Assembly (NCBI GenBank): GCA_002269645.1
Contig: NIVC01002819.1
Span: 1 to 29,948 of the forward strand
DNA: 29,948 bases
Direction: 5' to 3'
Source: Macrostomum lignano
Lineage: Eukaryota
This document shows positions 1 to 10,817 of this stretch, piece after piece. Positions within the stretch are counted from its first letter, which is position 1, and each line of letters starts with the position of its first letter. The position numbers and the translations under genes are program-made. The notes under the pieces are model-generated. The model was not told where the DNA came from. It was given only the letters and a program-made list of their open reading frames with translations, and ran no database searches.

Positions 1-340
1 TATTCTGAACGTAATTAAGTTTTGCACCGTACCACCAGTGCAACTACTGTGCTGCTGCAGTGTGCAATTCTGAAAGCATGGGACAGCACACAGCCCGGGC
101 TCTCCTGGGCAACAGCGCATACGAACACCGTTCTTTTGGCCACACCATTGCTGTAGCAGACTCTGCATCGCTTTGTCGGCCTCGCATTGGCATCTGTCGG
201 CGGCAGCTTCGATGGCGCGTGCTGTGAGACGGCCCTGCGCTTCGATGTATTCAGACGTTTGCCCCGGCCTGTCTGCTCCATGAGAGTACGGATCGCAGCT
301 TCCAAAAATTCAACGAATTTGATATCTCTTCCTCCTTGGC
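1..340 (-). pseudogene. piggyBac transposase C-terminal cysteine-rich domain with a 1-bp frameshift near 111
   Basis: RCRVCYSNGVAKRTVFVCAV, then CPGEPGLCAVPCF after restoring one base: a piggyBac-type Cys-rich domain. Continuous with 2941..3253 once the LINE and one copy of the duplication are removed. Confidence 0.8.
219..340. repeat. Left copy of 122-bp target-site duplication
   Basis: Identical base for base to 2941..3062 (GTGCTGTGAGAC...CCTCCTTGGC). Confidence 0.95.
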
Positions 341-2829
341 TCGTTTTTCCCTAACGAGCCAGCTAACCAGACCACTCCGGATCACTCGGAGGGAGGTCAC
401 GCGCTGGCTGCATCTATCATCACGGAGGACCGCATTGTGAGAGCGGCAAATTCCTTCAAGCCTTTCAAAGCCCCAGGACCCGACGGCATTGTACCGGCCC
501 TTCTAAGAGAGGCGGTTAAATGCCCAGGCTTCCTGCGCAAACTTTGCAGCCTTCTTCGGGCATGCATCACGCTTGGTTATGTCCCGCAGGCATGGACCGA
601 GGCAAAGGTGATCTTTATCCCTAAGCCAGGCCGCCCGGACTACCATTCTATCAAATCCTTCAGACCGATCAGCTTGACCTCCTCCCTGGTCAAGCTGATG
701 GAGAGACTGGTGCTTTGGCGCCTTCTCTCTGTTGAGCTGAAGAACAAACCTCTCAGCGAGAACCAGCACGCTTTTCGGGCGGGTCGCTCCACTGAAAGCG
801 CGCTGCACGTCCTGGTCGATAAACTCGAGAAGGCCGTGCTTGGTAGTGGCTTTGCTCTGGGGATCTTCCTGGACATCATTGGCGCCTTCGATAACGTCCT
901 CTTTGAGGCGTTCCGAAGAGCTCTTTGTGAGAGGCTAACGCACTCACATCTCACCAGATGGATCATGTACATGATCAGCCATCGCACGGCCACCGCCAGT
1001 CTGCTGGGCTACCAGAGGACGGTCCCCGTCTGCAAAGGTAGCCCGCAAGGTGGGGTGCTGTCTCCAGTTCTCTGGAATATGGTCATCGATGAGCTCCTCC
1101 GGGATGTTCGGCCTGACCCCATTCTGAAAGTTGGATATGCGGACGATGTCACCGCGGTGGCATCTGGTCCGTCCCCTGATACCCTCAGGGACCTTCTTCA
1201 GAACTTCATCTACGCTGCTGAGCAATGGGCGGACCGCTGTGGTTTAAGGCTCTCTGAGACTAAGACCGCAGCGATCATGTTCACCAGCAGGACCAAGTGG
1301 CAGATTCGGCCGCTCACGCTTTACGGAAGGGAAATCCCCTTCTGCAAGCAGACTAAATGTCTGGGTATTACCCTGGACCACAGGCTGAACTGGTCTCCCC
1401 ACGTTCAAACAAAAGCCAAAAAGGCCTTCGCAGTCCTCGCGCAATTGCGCAGGGCCGTCGGCACCACCTGGGGGCTCACCCCCAAGCGCCTCTGGTGGAT
1501 CTACACTGCAATGGTTAGGCCCGCTATCTCGTATGGCGGCCTGATCTGGGCTAGCGCCCTGCAGATAAAGACCTGTCTAGAGGCTCTCAGGAGAGCGCAA
1601 GGGCGCGCTTGTCGCACGATCATGAGCGCCCCTCCGTCTGCTCCTTACGATGGCCTCAACGCCTTCCTCAACATTCCTCCGCTGGACATCTTTGTCCGCA
1701 GGGAAGCGGCTAAGACTGCCCGCCGTCTAGCTGACGCTGGCATTCGAATCCAGCCCCATAGGGCCATGGCTAAGCGCAAGCTTCTGCCCCACGCTGACCT
1801 CTGCCTCAAGGACTTGAGAGACAGCGGCGGGCTCCACGTCCTATCTGACGGCGAACCCCGCACTCTCAACCTCTTTCAGCGCTACAAGGTCACCATCCCC
1901 TCTAGGGATGCTGCCAATGACCACTGGAATTTCCAGGAGGTCCATTGCTACACGGACGGATCCATCAAAGACGGTCGCGCCGGCTTTGGGGTCTGCATCA
2001 TCATCAACGGCCGCGTAATTGCCACGCATGCCCAGCACACTGGTAGACTCTCCACAGTCTTCCAGAACGAAGTCCTTGCCATCAGCTCTTGCGCTGCAGA
2101 GCTAAACGCCAAGGTTACGAGAGGAAAGACTATTGTCATCCACTCCGACAGCCAAGCGGCCTTACAGGCCCTTTGCCACACCACAACGAACTCCCGGACA
2201 GTCGCCGACTGCGCCCGGCAGCTCAACCTCCTGGCCAGAAGCAATACTGTCAGGCTGAAGTGGATCCCAGGGCACGCAGGGTTTCCGGGGAACGAGCTGG
2301 CAGACACCCTCGCCAAGAGGGGCGGCTCTGGCTCTTTTTTCGGCCCTGCCCCCTGGTCCCTATGCCCTTGACAGTCATCAATCGTCAGATCGACGACTGG
2401 GCTGACTCCCTCCACAGGGACAGATGGGCGGGCACCCAAAACTGCCGGCAATCTCGTGCCGCGGTTCCTTGCCCGTCTCACAGGCTCAGAAACATCCTTC
2501 TGAACCAGAATCGGAAGGATATTCGAGCCCTTGTCATGACCCTTACCGGCCATGGCTACCTCGCCAGGCACTGCTTCCTCCGAGGCGACCTCGAGAGCGA
2601 AATTTGCCCCTTTTGCGAGTGCGACAATGAAGATGCTCAGCACTTTGTCTGTCACTGCCCTTTCTTTAACAGAGACCGGCTACGCTACCTCGGGCCGAAC
2701 CCGTCCATTGACGAGGTTTGCCAGCCCGACAGCATCCCACGGCTCATCCAGTTCCTTCGGGCGACTAGACGAGCCAGTTTCTTCCCAACGGAAGATCACG
2801 CTGCAGGACGGACCGGCGGACCACCCTGA
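341..2829 (+). pseudogene. LINE ORF2 (reverse transcriptase, RNase H, zinc knuckle); lacks endonuclease domain; 1-bp frameshift in a C run at 2349-2353
   Basis: Frame is open from the junction at 341 (SFFPNEPANQ...) through ORF 437..2371. Adding one C gives FGPAPLVPMPLTVINRQ and continues into ORF 2089..2829. Confidence 0.9.
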
Positions 2830-2940
2830 CCGGCCCCACGCCTCTGCCTGTCTGCGGGCCTTCAGGGGCTAGCGGAATGGGCGACCCTCGCCTCCCCGCT
2901 GTGTCTACGGACCACCCTGCAGCTAAGTCAAGTAAGTCAA
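341..2940 (+). mobile_element. 5'-truncated non-LTR retrotransposon, LOA/Lian-like (RT + RNase H + zinc knuckle)
   Basis: FKPFKAPGPDG, RPISLTS, QGGVLSPVLWN, YADD RT motifs; RNase H YTDGS..E..SDSQ..WIPGH..GNELAD; CPFC..EDAQHFVCHC knuckle; AAGT(C)-repeat tail at 2925-2940; flanked by 122-bp direct repeats. Confidence 0.95.
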
Positions 2941-3062
2941 GTGCTGTGAGACGGCCCTGCGCTTCGATGTATTCAGACGTTTGCCCCGGCCTGTCTGCTC
3001 CATGAGAGTACGGATCGCAGCTTCCAAAAATTCAACGAATTTGATATCTCTTCCTCCTTGGC
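2941..3062. repeat. Right copy of 122-bp target-site duplication
   Basis: Identical to 219..340; begins directly after the LINE AAGTCAA tail. Confidence 0.95.
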
Positions 3063-3253
3063 AATTGCAGATCCAGGCATTGCGGACCAACTGCAGCAAA
3101 ATGTGGAACCCGAGCTTTTGGTGCCATCTGTATGTTCTTCTCCCCGCACTGTAAGGCTGCAGTGCTGCATCAAGGCGATCAACGCCTCCCATGTACTTAT
3201 TGTACTGCAGCACCGAATTCGGTTTTAAAACTGACTCCTCCGCTCCGCTAGTG
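2941..3253 (-). pseudogene. piggyBac transposase catalytic C-terminal fragment (third Asp motif)
   Basis: KPNSVLQYNKYMGGVDRLDAALQPY...RRTYRWHQKLGFHILLQLVRNAW matches the piggyBac YN..MGGVD..D motif; it is joined out of frame to the N-terminal fragment. Confidence 0.88.
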
Positions 3254-3719
3254 ACTTCTTCACCTCATTGTCGGTACACGGTCTCCAAGTTGATAGCAAA
3301 TTGGGAAGAGCTCCGTCCTGATCTTCAGCTGTCAAATGTTGAAGCTCCATGTCAGCTCGGGCGTTGGTCCAGATGCGAATGGCAGACACCAGATCAGCGG
3401 TGAGAAAGTGCTGCAGATAGAATTGCACCTGGGCCATTTTACCTTCAGGAGCTTGTGCTTGGATGTCTGGGTTCAGGCCAGGCACAGCGAGGAATTCGGG
3501 CAGATCGCTGAGACGCGAATCTTCACCATCTTGAGCAGTTGTCCATTCATTCTCGTTGGCGAACTCGACTCCATGCTCAGCTACTTCACCATTACTCTCA
3601 CCATCTTCCTCGTCCAGCAACTCTTCATCGACACTCATATATTCGCTGTCGCTGCCGTCGCTGGTGAAAACAGAACCTTCCATAATTGCAATTGCAGCAT
3701 CATCAATGTTGTTAGCCAT
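3254..3719 (-). pseudogene. piggyBac transposase N-terminal fragment
   Basis: ORF 3225..3719: acidic N-terminus then QHFLTADLVSAIRIWTNARA...TWRPCTDNEVKK, typical of the start of the piggyBac DDD domain; homology stops abruptly at about 3254. Confidence 0.8.
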
Positions 3720-6131
3720 GATTTTGAGTCTCGCGTAAGTTTAATTAATTATACAGTAAAGTTGGACAAGATTGTGATATCAGTAAAAATTTACTGCATG
3801 ATTCTGGACTGTTTTTACCATAGACAGTTTTAAAATAAACTGTAGTATCAGTCAAGCGCAAATTTTAGGACAGTTGGAACTCAATAGTTAAGTAAGCCAG
3901 TCAGTAGTCTATGGGAATTTCTTGAGCCGTAAATTGACACAGTGCTCTGTGGCAGTGGGAAAGAGATTGAAGCCCCATGGTACGCGTGGCATGCCATCCG
4001 TCAATAGTGACTGTGTGCGGAAAAAAGCTCAGTGTGCTACTGGTTAATCGATCACTTTCCCGGACATATTGCAAGGATTATTGTATGTATCTAAATAAGC
4101 GAGCTTCTCTCTTCTCTTCCTTCGTGACTCGAGAAATTTCTTAATGAAATTTTGTCTATGGTAAGAATGTGGGGCTTCGCCCCCACACCCCCATCCCCAA
4201 CTTCAACCATAGACATACAAGTATGGCTCCGGGTTTTATCTGAATACATCCCGCAAAATTAAAATAGTTTAAATTAAATAAGATATTCTATGGATTTTTC
4301 GGTCGTTATTTCACTTAATCACATACCGACCTCTTCCTGGTGAAAAAGCCTGCTGAGTCCTGCTGAGCCTATTCTTCTGGTGAAAAAATAGTTAGTAAGA
4401 AACATTTGCGAATTGATGTAGATAAAGACTCAACTAGTTGTCTGTATTAAATTACAGTATACATGTATTTAAGAGGTAACAAAGATGGACTTAACTTTAA
4501 AGATTATACTCGTATAAAGGCATGTAGCAGATCGATAGTTTAATTATGTGCAGCAACAAAGCAACAGATGTATTGTATAAAGTATTATATAGAGTAGGAA
4601 ATACAAAGTTCATAACGCAAATCCATGTCATAATTCGTCATGTTAATTTTGAAAAAAGGTACTCGTCATCTGAAGCAGCTGGCTTTAATGAGATTTCAAG
4701 TGATTGTACTGTTGCTTCTACGAGCGTATTTTTAATGTTGATATTGTTGCTTCTGAGGTAGCTGGAATTGCTTCTGAGTTGCTTCAACAGATTCAGGAAT
4801 CATAAGGTCAGCATCGCGTTCACAGATTCAATTAATACCGTGTACATTGACAGCCAGTGATCTGAATGTCGCGGTGGCTTCCTTGTATTCTGGACAGTCG
4901 TTAAATCCACCACGTCTGCGTAAATTTCTCCAGCTAACTGTGTTGCCAATGTCACTCCTGATGTTCTGGTCGCTGCAATTTTGTTGACATGCAGTTGGGC
5001 TTGTAGGTTTGGTTTCGCTTGTTTTCAATAAACATGTGGCGAAAGAGCGAATTCAAGTCAAGTAAAGCAGGGACAACTATTTTCTTTCCTCCTTTAAACT
5101 ACTTTACTATGTTGGTGTCCTTGGTCTTCTGGACACTCACTATTATGGTATGGCTCTATAATAACTTCAACTTTGAGTGTGAGAGCCAAATAACTGAGGC
5201 TGCAGATTCGACCAACTGTTCCAAGTTTGTAACAAGGTTCTGTTGTTCAGGAAGACTGACACTTCAATCTGTTATAAGGAGGGGATTGGTTGTTCTTCAA
5301 AGCTCAATGGATCAGTTTGTTAAATCTATTCGAGTCAAAAGATTAGCGAGGAGTGAGCTAAGACAAAAGCACAGCGGGGTCGAAGAAATGCGCGAGTTTC
5401 TTGCTTGATTTCAACAGTGGTTTATAAGGCATTTCTCATTGGCTGAGGCTGGGGTCGTGTCCTCAGCTTTGGAGCCCATTGATTGGTTGATAATATGAAT
5501 ACATTTAAACTGGAAAATTTCTGTTTCACCTTGATTGCTATCTCGTAGTAGAAAAAATAGCTGATAAAGTTGCAAGTTTGTCCTACAAATTTCCAACCCC
5601 AATTCAATCGCTTTCGAGAATTGTGCTCCCTGTGATAAGTTTAAACAGGAAATCTCAGTTAAAGTTTCTATTTTGCATATGGACTCAAGTCTTTATGATA
5701 GAGACATAATGGAAATTCTAGCAAAATCCCTTAGACATGACGCCAGCTAGAATGCAACTGCTTTGAGGCTTAATAAATAAGCTTTAATATTATGTTGCAT
5801 ACGTGATTTTTAAACTCCCGTTACATCAAAAGTATTTTTATTCACTACTTTTTGTGTCTATTTTTTCTTTCGTTATATTAATTAGGTCGTCTCATACTTT
5901 ACAATATTTAAAATATAAAAACCAAAACCATTGGTGTGCGTGTTTAATGATGATAATAAAAATCTAGCTGTGGATCTGGATAGCGGTTGAGTTGGTATCC
6001 GGATGGCTTAACGGTCCAAGATACTCTCGCTATTGTACTTAGCAAGATACTAGCTGGCTGACGGAAAAAGCCTTTAAAGTTTCTTCAAATTTAGGATTGG
6101 AAGTAAATATTACTTTATTTTTAAAAAGGTA

Positions 6132-6405
6132 ATTTGTTTATCTAAGCTGTACAACCGCCAGCTCAGCCGCATATGTTTTGTGCGGACTTGTGTACGGCTG
6201 TTCAGTCCAAGGGCTGGGGGGTCGCCATACGCATCCTCAATTACCCCAGCTAATGCTGGCACCCATTTTACAGTTAAGTGAACTGAAGCAATGCAGAGTT
6301 AAGTGTCTTGCTCAAGGATGTGATTTATTCTGAGTGGGTGGAGAATCGAATCCCTGACCTTTCAGTCGTTAGTACGACGCTCTAACCGCTAGGCTTACTA
6401 TCCCC
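6132..6405 (-). mobile_element. tRNA-derived CORE-SINE
   Basis: - strand: tRNA-like head GGGGATAGTAAGCCTAGCGGTTAGAGCG...GGATTCGATTC (A/B boxes), then CCTTGAGCAAGACACTTAACTCTGCATTGCTTCAGTTCACTTAACTGTAAAATGGG (6262-6317), which resembles the MIR CORE domain. The 3' end is approximate. Confidence 0.75.
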
Positions 6406-6920
6406 AATTGTATGACTAAAAAGATGTTGGTAAAGATGGATTCAGTAAGTATTTTAGGGAGCAGGGGATGGCAGATGCTTAAATGGTGCGTTGCATAAAC
6501 AGCCACAGATTTGCATCGGCTATTTGTATTAATATTTGTATTGCAGCACAGTAAAGGTAATTGCATGGTGTTAGGCAGCTGTACTTTATGATTATGCAGG
6601 AACTTAAGTGGTTGAATCTGCTTTTCTATCTTAAATCTCGTGACTCACACACCCCTGGAATGATAAGAATATTTATTCAGTGCAAATACTAAGTGAGTTT
6701 TAAGTACGTTTGTGTCTAAGGTTACTTGCTATGTGTACTCATATTTTAAACTTGTCACTCGTGCCACTTGAGCTCAGCAAACACATCAATAGCCTCGCAT
6801 CAGTGGCGTGAGTTAGGCGCAAATTTCTTGGTAATCTATGGCGCGAAATATTATACACTGGTTTGTTTCTTTGTGTAAACTGTAACGGTAATGAAACAGA
6901 CAAAAAGTTGGAGAGTGCAG

Positions 6921-7402
6921 GCAGGAGGATCAAGACAGGAGAATCAAGACAGGAGGATCAAGACAAGAGAATCAAGACAGGAGAATCAAGACAGGAGGAT
7001 CAAGACAGGAGGGTCAAGAAGGATCAAGACAGGAGGATCAAGACAGGAGGATCAAGACAGGAGGATCAAGACAGGAGGGTCAAGACAGGAGAATCAAGAC
7101 AGGAGGGTCAAGACAGGAGAATCAAGACAGGAGGGTCAAGACAGGAGAATCAAGACAGGAGGGTCAAGACAGGAGAATCAAGACAGGAGGGTCAAGACAG
7201 GAGAATCAAGACAGGAGGGTCAAGACAGGAGAATCAAGACAGGAGGGTCAAGACAGGAGAATCAAGACAGGAGGGTCAAGACAGGAGAATCAAGACAGGA
7301 GAATCAAGACAGGAGGGTCAAGACAGGAGAATCAAGACAGGAGGTTCAAGACAGGAGGGTCAAGACAGGAGAATCAAGACAGGAGGTTCAAGACAGGAGG
7401 GT
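6921..7402. repeat. 14-bp minisatellite CAAGACAGGAG(A/G)(A/G)T, about 34 copies
   Basis: Direct tandem repeat; explains ORFs 6863..7429 and 6891..7418. Confidence 0.95.
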
Positions 7403-8334
7403 ACAGACATTAGGCTGAAGATTGGATAATAATATACATAAAATTAGCCCAGGTAATTCACTTTGTCAAACATGGCGCAAAAAATGGCCCTTCTCTCCAC
7501 TCACACCACTGCCTCGCATATTCACATGCGTTCTACTCTACTGCCTCTGCTAGTTAGTAGGCTGCTCAACGTTTTATATTATTAGAACTCCATGGTTAAA
7601 ACGGCCCTTTTACGGGCCAGTGGAAATTTCACAACACAAAATGACACTGACATACATGATTCTAACGTTGTCCGAGATGGCAGGAAGGATTAATTCATAA
7701 GTCCAGTCATGACTGGATTCTTGCTGTAGAAATTTCAATGAATGATTAACGTAATTAATGTGTTTATTGTCTTGTCTTAGATATATCTTAATAAGATCGA
7801 ATATTATTTATGTTTGTACTATCGAAACGGCCAACTTCATCCTAAAGTTTCATGTTTGGTAAGTCAGAAAAACTTTTTTTTACTTTTGTTTATTTCCAAT
7901 TAAAATGTTAACTTCGTTCATTTGTGCCATCTGTATTGTATCTCTTTTAATTTATTTTATTGCCTTAAATCCTGACAGATTTGTATCCTGTGAAATCTTA
8001 GTCTGAAAAGTCTTTAAGTCCAAGTCCAAGTCTTATTCTGAATGGCTTAGTTTAATAAATTAGTGAAATTCTTGTTAAGTAATATGGACTTTATAGTTGC
8101 TTAAGCATATATTCTAAGTGATATGCCGCACTTCTGGCTTTAGTCTGTTAAGACTTTTGAAAGACGACAGTTAAGTTAAGTCTGTTAAGTCGATTTTGAT
8201 TCTTGCAGACCCTACCGAAAGCCTGCTAGAAGGCATATTATATTTAATAGTAAACTCCAATTAGAGTTATCTACAGTATCCGGTAGTCTTAATGACGACC
8301 TGAGCTGTCTTGATGGCACTTGGTGGGCCGCGCT

Positions 8335-9232
8335 CCCTGTCTCTTGATGGGTGACCCCTGTCTCTTGGTGTTCGCCCCTGTCTCTTGATGGGTAACCCCT
8401 GTCTCTTGGTGTTCGCCCCTGTCTCTTGATGGGTGACCCCTGTCTCTTGGTGTTCGCCCCTGTCTCTTGATGGGTGACCCCTGTCTCTTGGTGTTCGCCC
8501 CTGTCTCTTGATGGGTGACCCCTGTCTCTTGGTGTTCGCCCGTCTCTTGATGGGTGACCCCTGTCTCTTGGTGTTCGCCCCTGTCTCTTGATGGGTAACC
8601 CCTGTCTCTTGGTGTTCGCCCCTGTCTCTTGATGGGTGACCCCTGTCTCTTGGTGTTCGCCCCTGTCTCTTGATGGGTAACCCCTGTCTCTTGGTGTTCG
8701 CCCCTGTCTCTTGATGGGTGACCCCTGTCTCTTGGTGTTCGCCCCTATCTCTTGATGGGTGACCCCTGTCTCTTGGTGGACGCCCCTGTCTCTTGGTGGG
8801 CGCCCCTGTCTCTTAGTGGGCGCCCCTGTCTCTTGGTGGGTGACCCCTGTCTCTTAGTGTTCGCCCCTGTCTCTTGGTGTTCGCCCCTGTCTCTTGATGG
8901 GTGACCCCTGTCTCTTGGTGGGTGACCCCTGTCTCTTGGTGTTCGCCCCTGTCTCTTGATGGGTGACCCCTGTCTCTTGGTGTTCGCCCCTGTCTCTTGG
9001 TGTTCGCCCCTGTCTCTTGGTGTTCGCCCCTGTCTCTTGGTGTTCGCCCCTGTCTCTTGATGGGTGACCCCTGTCTCTTGGTGTTCGCCCCTGTCTCTTG
9101 ATGGGTGACCCCTGTCTCTTGGTGTTCACCCCTGTCTCTTGGTGGGCGCCCCTGTCTCTTGGTGGACGCCCCTGTCTCTTGGTGGACGCCCCTGTCTCTT
9201 GGTGGGCGCCCGTGTCTTTTGGGGGCACTCCT
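8335..9232. repeat. 20/21-bp minisatellite (CCCCTGTCTCTTGGTGTTCG and CCCCTGTCTCTTGATGGGTGA), often as a 41-bp dimer
   Basis: Direct tandem repeat with two alternating variants. Confidence 0.95.
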
Positions 9233-9586
9233 ATATCTTTAGACATAGCTTTGGATCCACCTAATTAATTGTATGCAGCACATTGATTTTTTAAACATAT
9301 ACTTTTATTTTATATCAGCCGTAAAGTCCACATTTTTCGCAGTGATGTAAACACATGCCTTTTATTACACCAATCACTGTAGTACACAGGCTTTGTCTTT
9401 ATCTAAATCCATGACATTAAGTCAGGGCCATCCATAATGCAGCAACTGCAGGTACAAAGCCATCGATAAGACAATATCGATAAGACAAATTTTTGCTTGT
9501 CATCGCTACTTGTCTGAACTGTTAGCAATACGAGTTTGAAAATATGGCCAAAATCCTAATGCTTCATTGTTTGTCTTTTGTTTCAG

Positions 9587-9670
9587 CTGCTCAACGTCTC
9601 GCAACAACAGATTTCTTCACAATTGAATCTCTAACTTCGAATGCGCTGGGAATGTCAATGCAGAATTTCA
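9587..9670 (+). CDS. Possible 84-nt phase 1-1 exon upstream of the WSC exon
   Basis: TTGTCTTTTGTTTCAG acceptor, open frame (AQRLATTDFFTIESLTSNALGMSMQNF), weak GTAACG donor; phase fits the acceptor at 10511-10512. Confidence 0.25.
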
Positions 9671-10512
9671 GTAACGTTAAATTAACACTTAAATAGCGTT
9701 TCTATCAGTTTTTCAATTTAGTCTTTCATTGGCTTTTTATCGTCGGTTGTACGCTTTAGTGCAAGTTTTCTATTTTTAGCTTTTGCTTCTATACAAAGAT
9801 GTTTTGTCTGTGGCAATTGAGATTTGATGCAGTCCTCTTTTGTAGACTATCATAATGCTGTCAAATCCCTTCAAGAGTTAGTTGCACTCGCGAGCGGTCG
9901 ATCTACAATTTATTACAATTTCTTTGTACTACTACTATGCATGGACTCGATGCTCGAATTTCATTTTTGGTATTTCTACTGACAACCATTTTTTGTCTAG
10001 CCTATGCGTGTAAGTTGCTTTGTTAATGCGTGCTTTATAAAGTTTTATTCTATTCAGAGTGCAGGACGATAAACTGTGACGTTTCTTGGAATTTTTTAGG
10101 AGGCAAGGTATAGCCGAAAAATACATTGCGGAGAATGGAGTTTTCTTTCAGCACAAAATCTTTTATTGCTTTTGATAGGTAGGAGGCTGATCCAGCAATA
10201 TTTGTATCTTTTGAAATGTTTGAAATTCAATTCTTATATTGCTCATATCCTACAAACCATCGCACATGTCCTGCGCCTAAAAATCATAAAAGTGGCACAG
10301 CTAGCTCGACTCATTGGTTTTATGAATCTAGCATATCATTCTGTATCAGAAGCAATTAACAACTTTTACTGAAACAATGAAAACAATGTATTTTTTCGGT
10401 AAAACCTGCTTCCTTAAAATTCCTAGAAACGTGTAGTTTCCAGTCCTACTTGAGTAGTTCCGTGTGCAGAATGAGGCATTCGAATAACACGCTTCAAACT
10501 TCATCAATATAG

Positions 10513-10817
10513 GCAAGAAGAAAGTAGAAGTGCCCACTCCGCAGTTCCGAGGCTGCTACAGTGACAATGGGCTGGACAGAGATCTGCCCATCATGGGCGG
10601 CACAAGCGAAGACCTGACCGCGGACCTGTGCGACAAGTCCTGCAAGGCACAAAACTTTGGCTTCTTCGGCTTGCAAGGGAACACCTGCTGGTGCGGCAGC
10701 ACTTTTGGGCGCTACGGGAAAGCGGCACACTTTATGTGCAGCACTCCCTGTCCCGGGGATATGAACCAGAAATGCGGGGGCGAGGGAATCAATTCCGTCT
10801 ACTCAGTGTCCGATTAG
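10513..10817 (+). CDS. Terminal exon encoding a WSC carbohydrate-binding domain
   Basis: FRGCYSD...LTADLCDKSC...FFGLQGNTCWCG...CSTPCPGDMNQKCGGEGINSVY has the WSC cysteine pattern; ends at TAG. An in-frame stop at 10485 implies an upstream acceptor (AG at 10511-10512 chosen). Confidence 0.85.

Larger units (their letters stand above)
1..4043 (-). mobile_element. piggyBac-family DNA transposon remnant, internally deleted and interrupted by a LINE; one end lies outside the window
   Basis: Three transposase fragments on the - strand: acidic N-terminus plus FLTADLV..WTN..W.P.TDNEVKK, then KPNSVLQYNKYMGGVDRLD, then a Cys-rich C-terminal domain. Candidate 5' end TTAA|CCAGTAGCAC at 4044-4047 is low certainty because the partner TIR is not visible. 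Confidence 0.85.

Noticed and set aside
219-3062. Direct repeats read as LTRs
   Set aside because: The repeats are piggyBac coding sequence, lack TG...CA ends and PBS/PPT, and the RT is of non-LTR type with a simple-repeat tail.
3818-4214. Inverted CCATAGAC/GTCTATGG motif pairs (3818/3907 and 4154/4207)
   Set aside because: They resemble small DNA-transposon termini but are only 8 bp with no supporting TSD or extended TIR.
4828-5607. ORFs 5019..5408, 4828..5028 and 5411..5602
   Set aside because: No recognisable motif, splice context or codon bias.
6004-6014. A-box match TGGCTTAACGG
   Set aside because: No B box follows at a suitable distance.
5052-8043. Short AAGTC repeats at about 5052 and 8026 resembling the LINE tail
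   Set aside because: No upstream similarity to the LINE 3' UTR was visible.
8335-9232. Alternating units resembling a CRISPR array
   Set aside because: The intervening segments are themselves repeats, there are no cas genes, and the context is eukaryotic.
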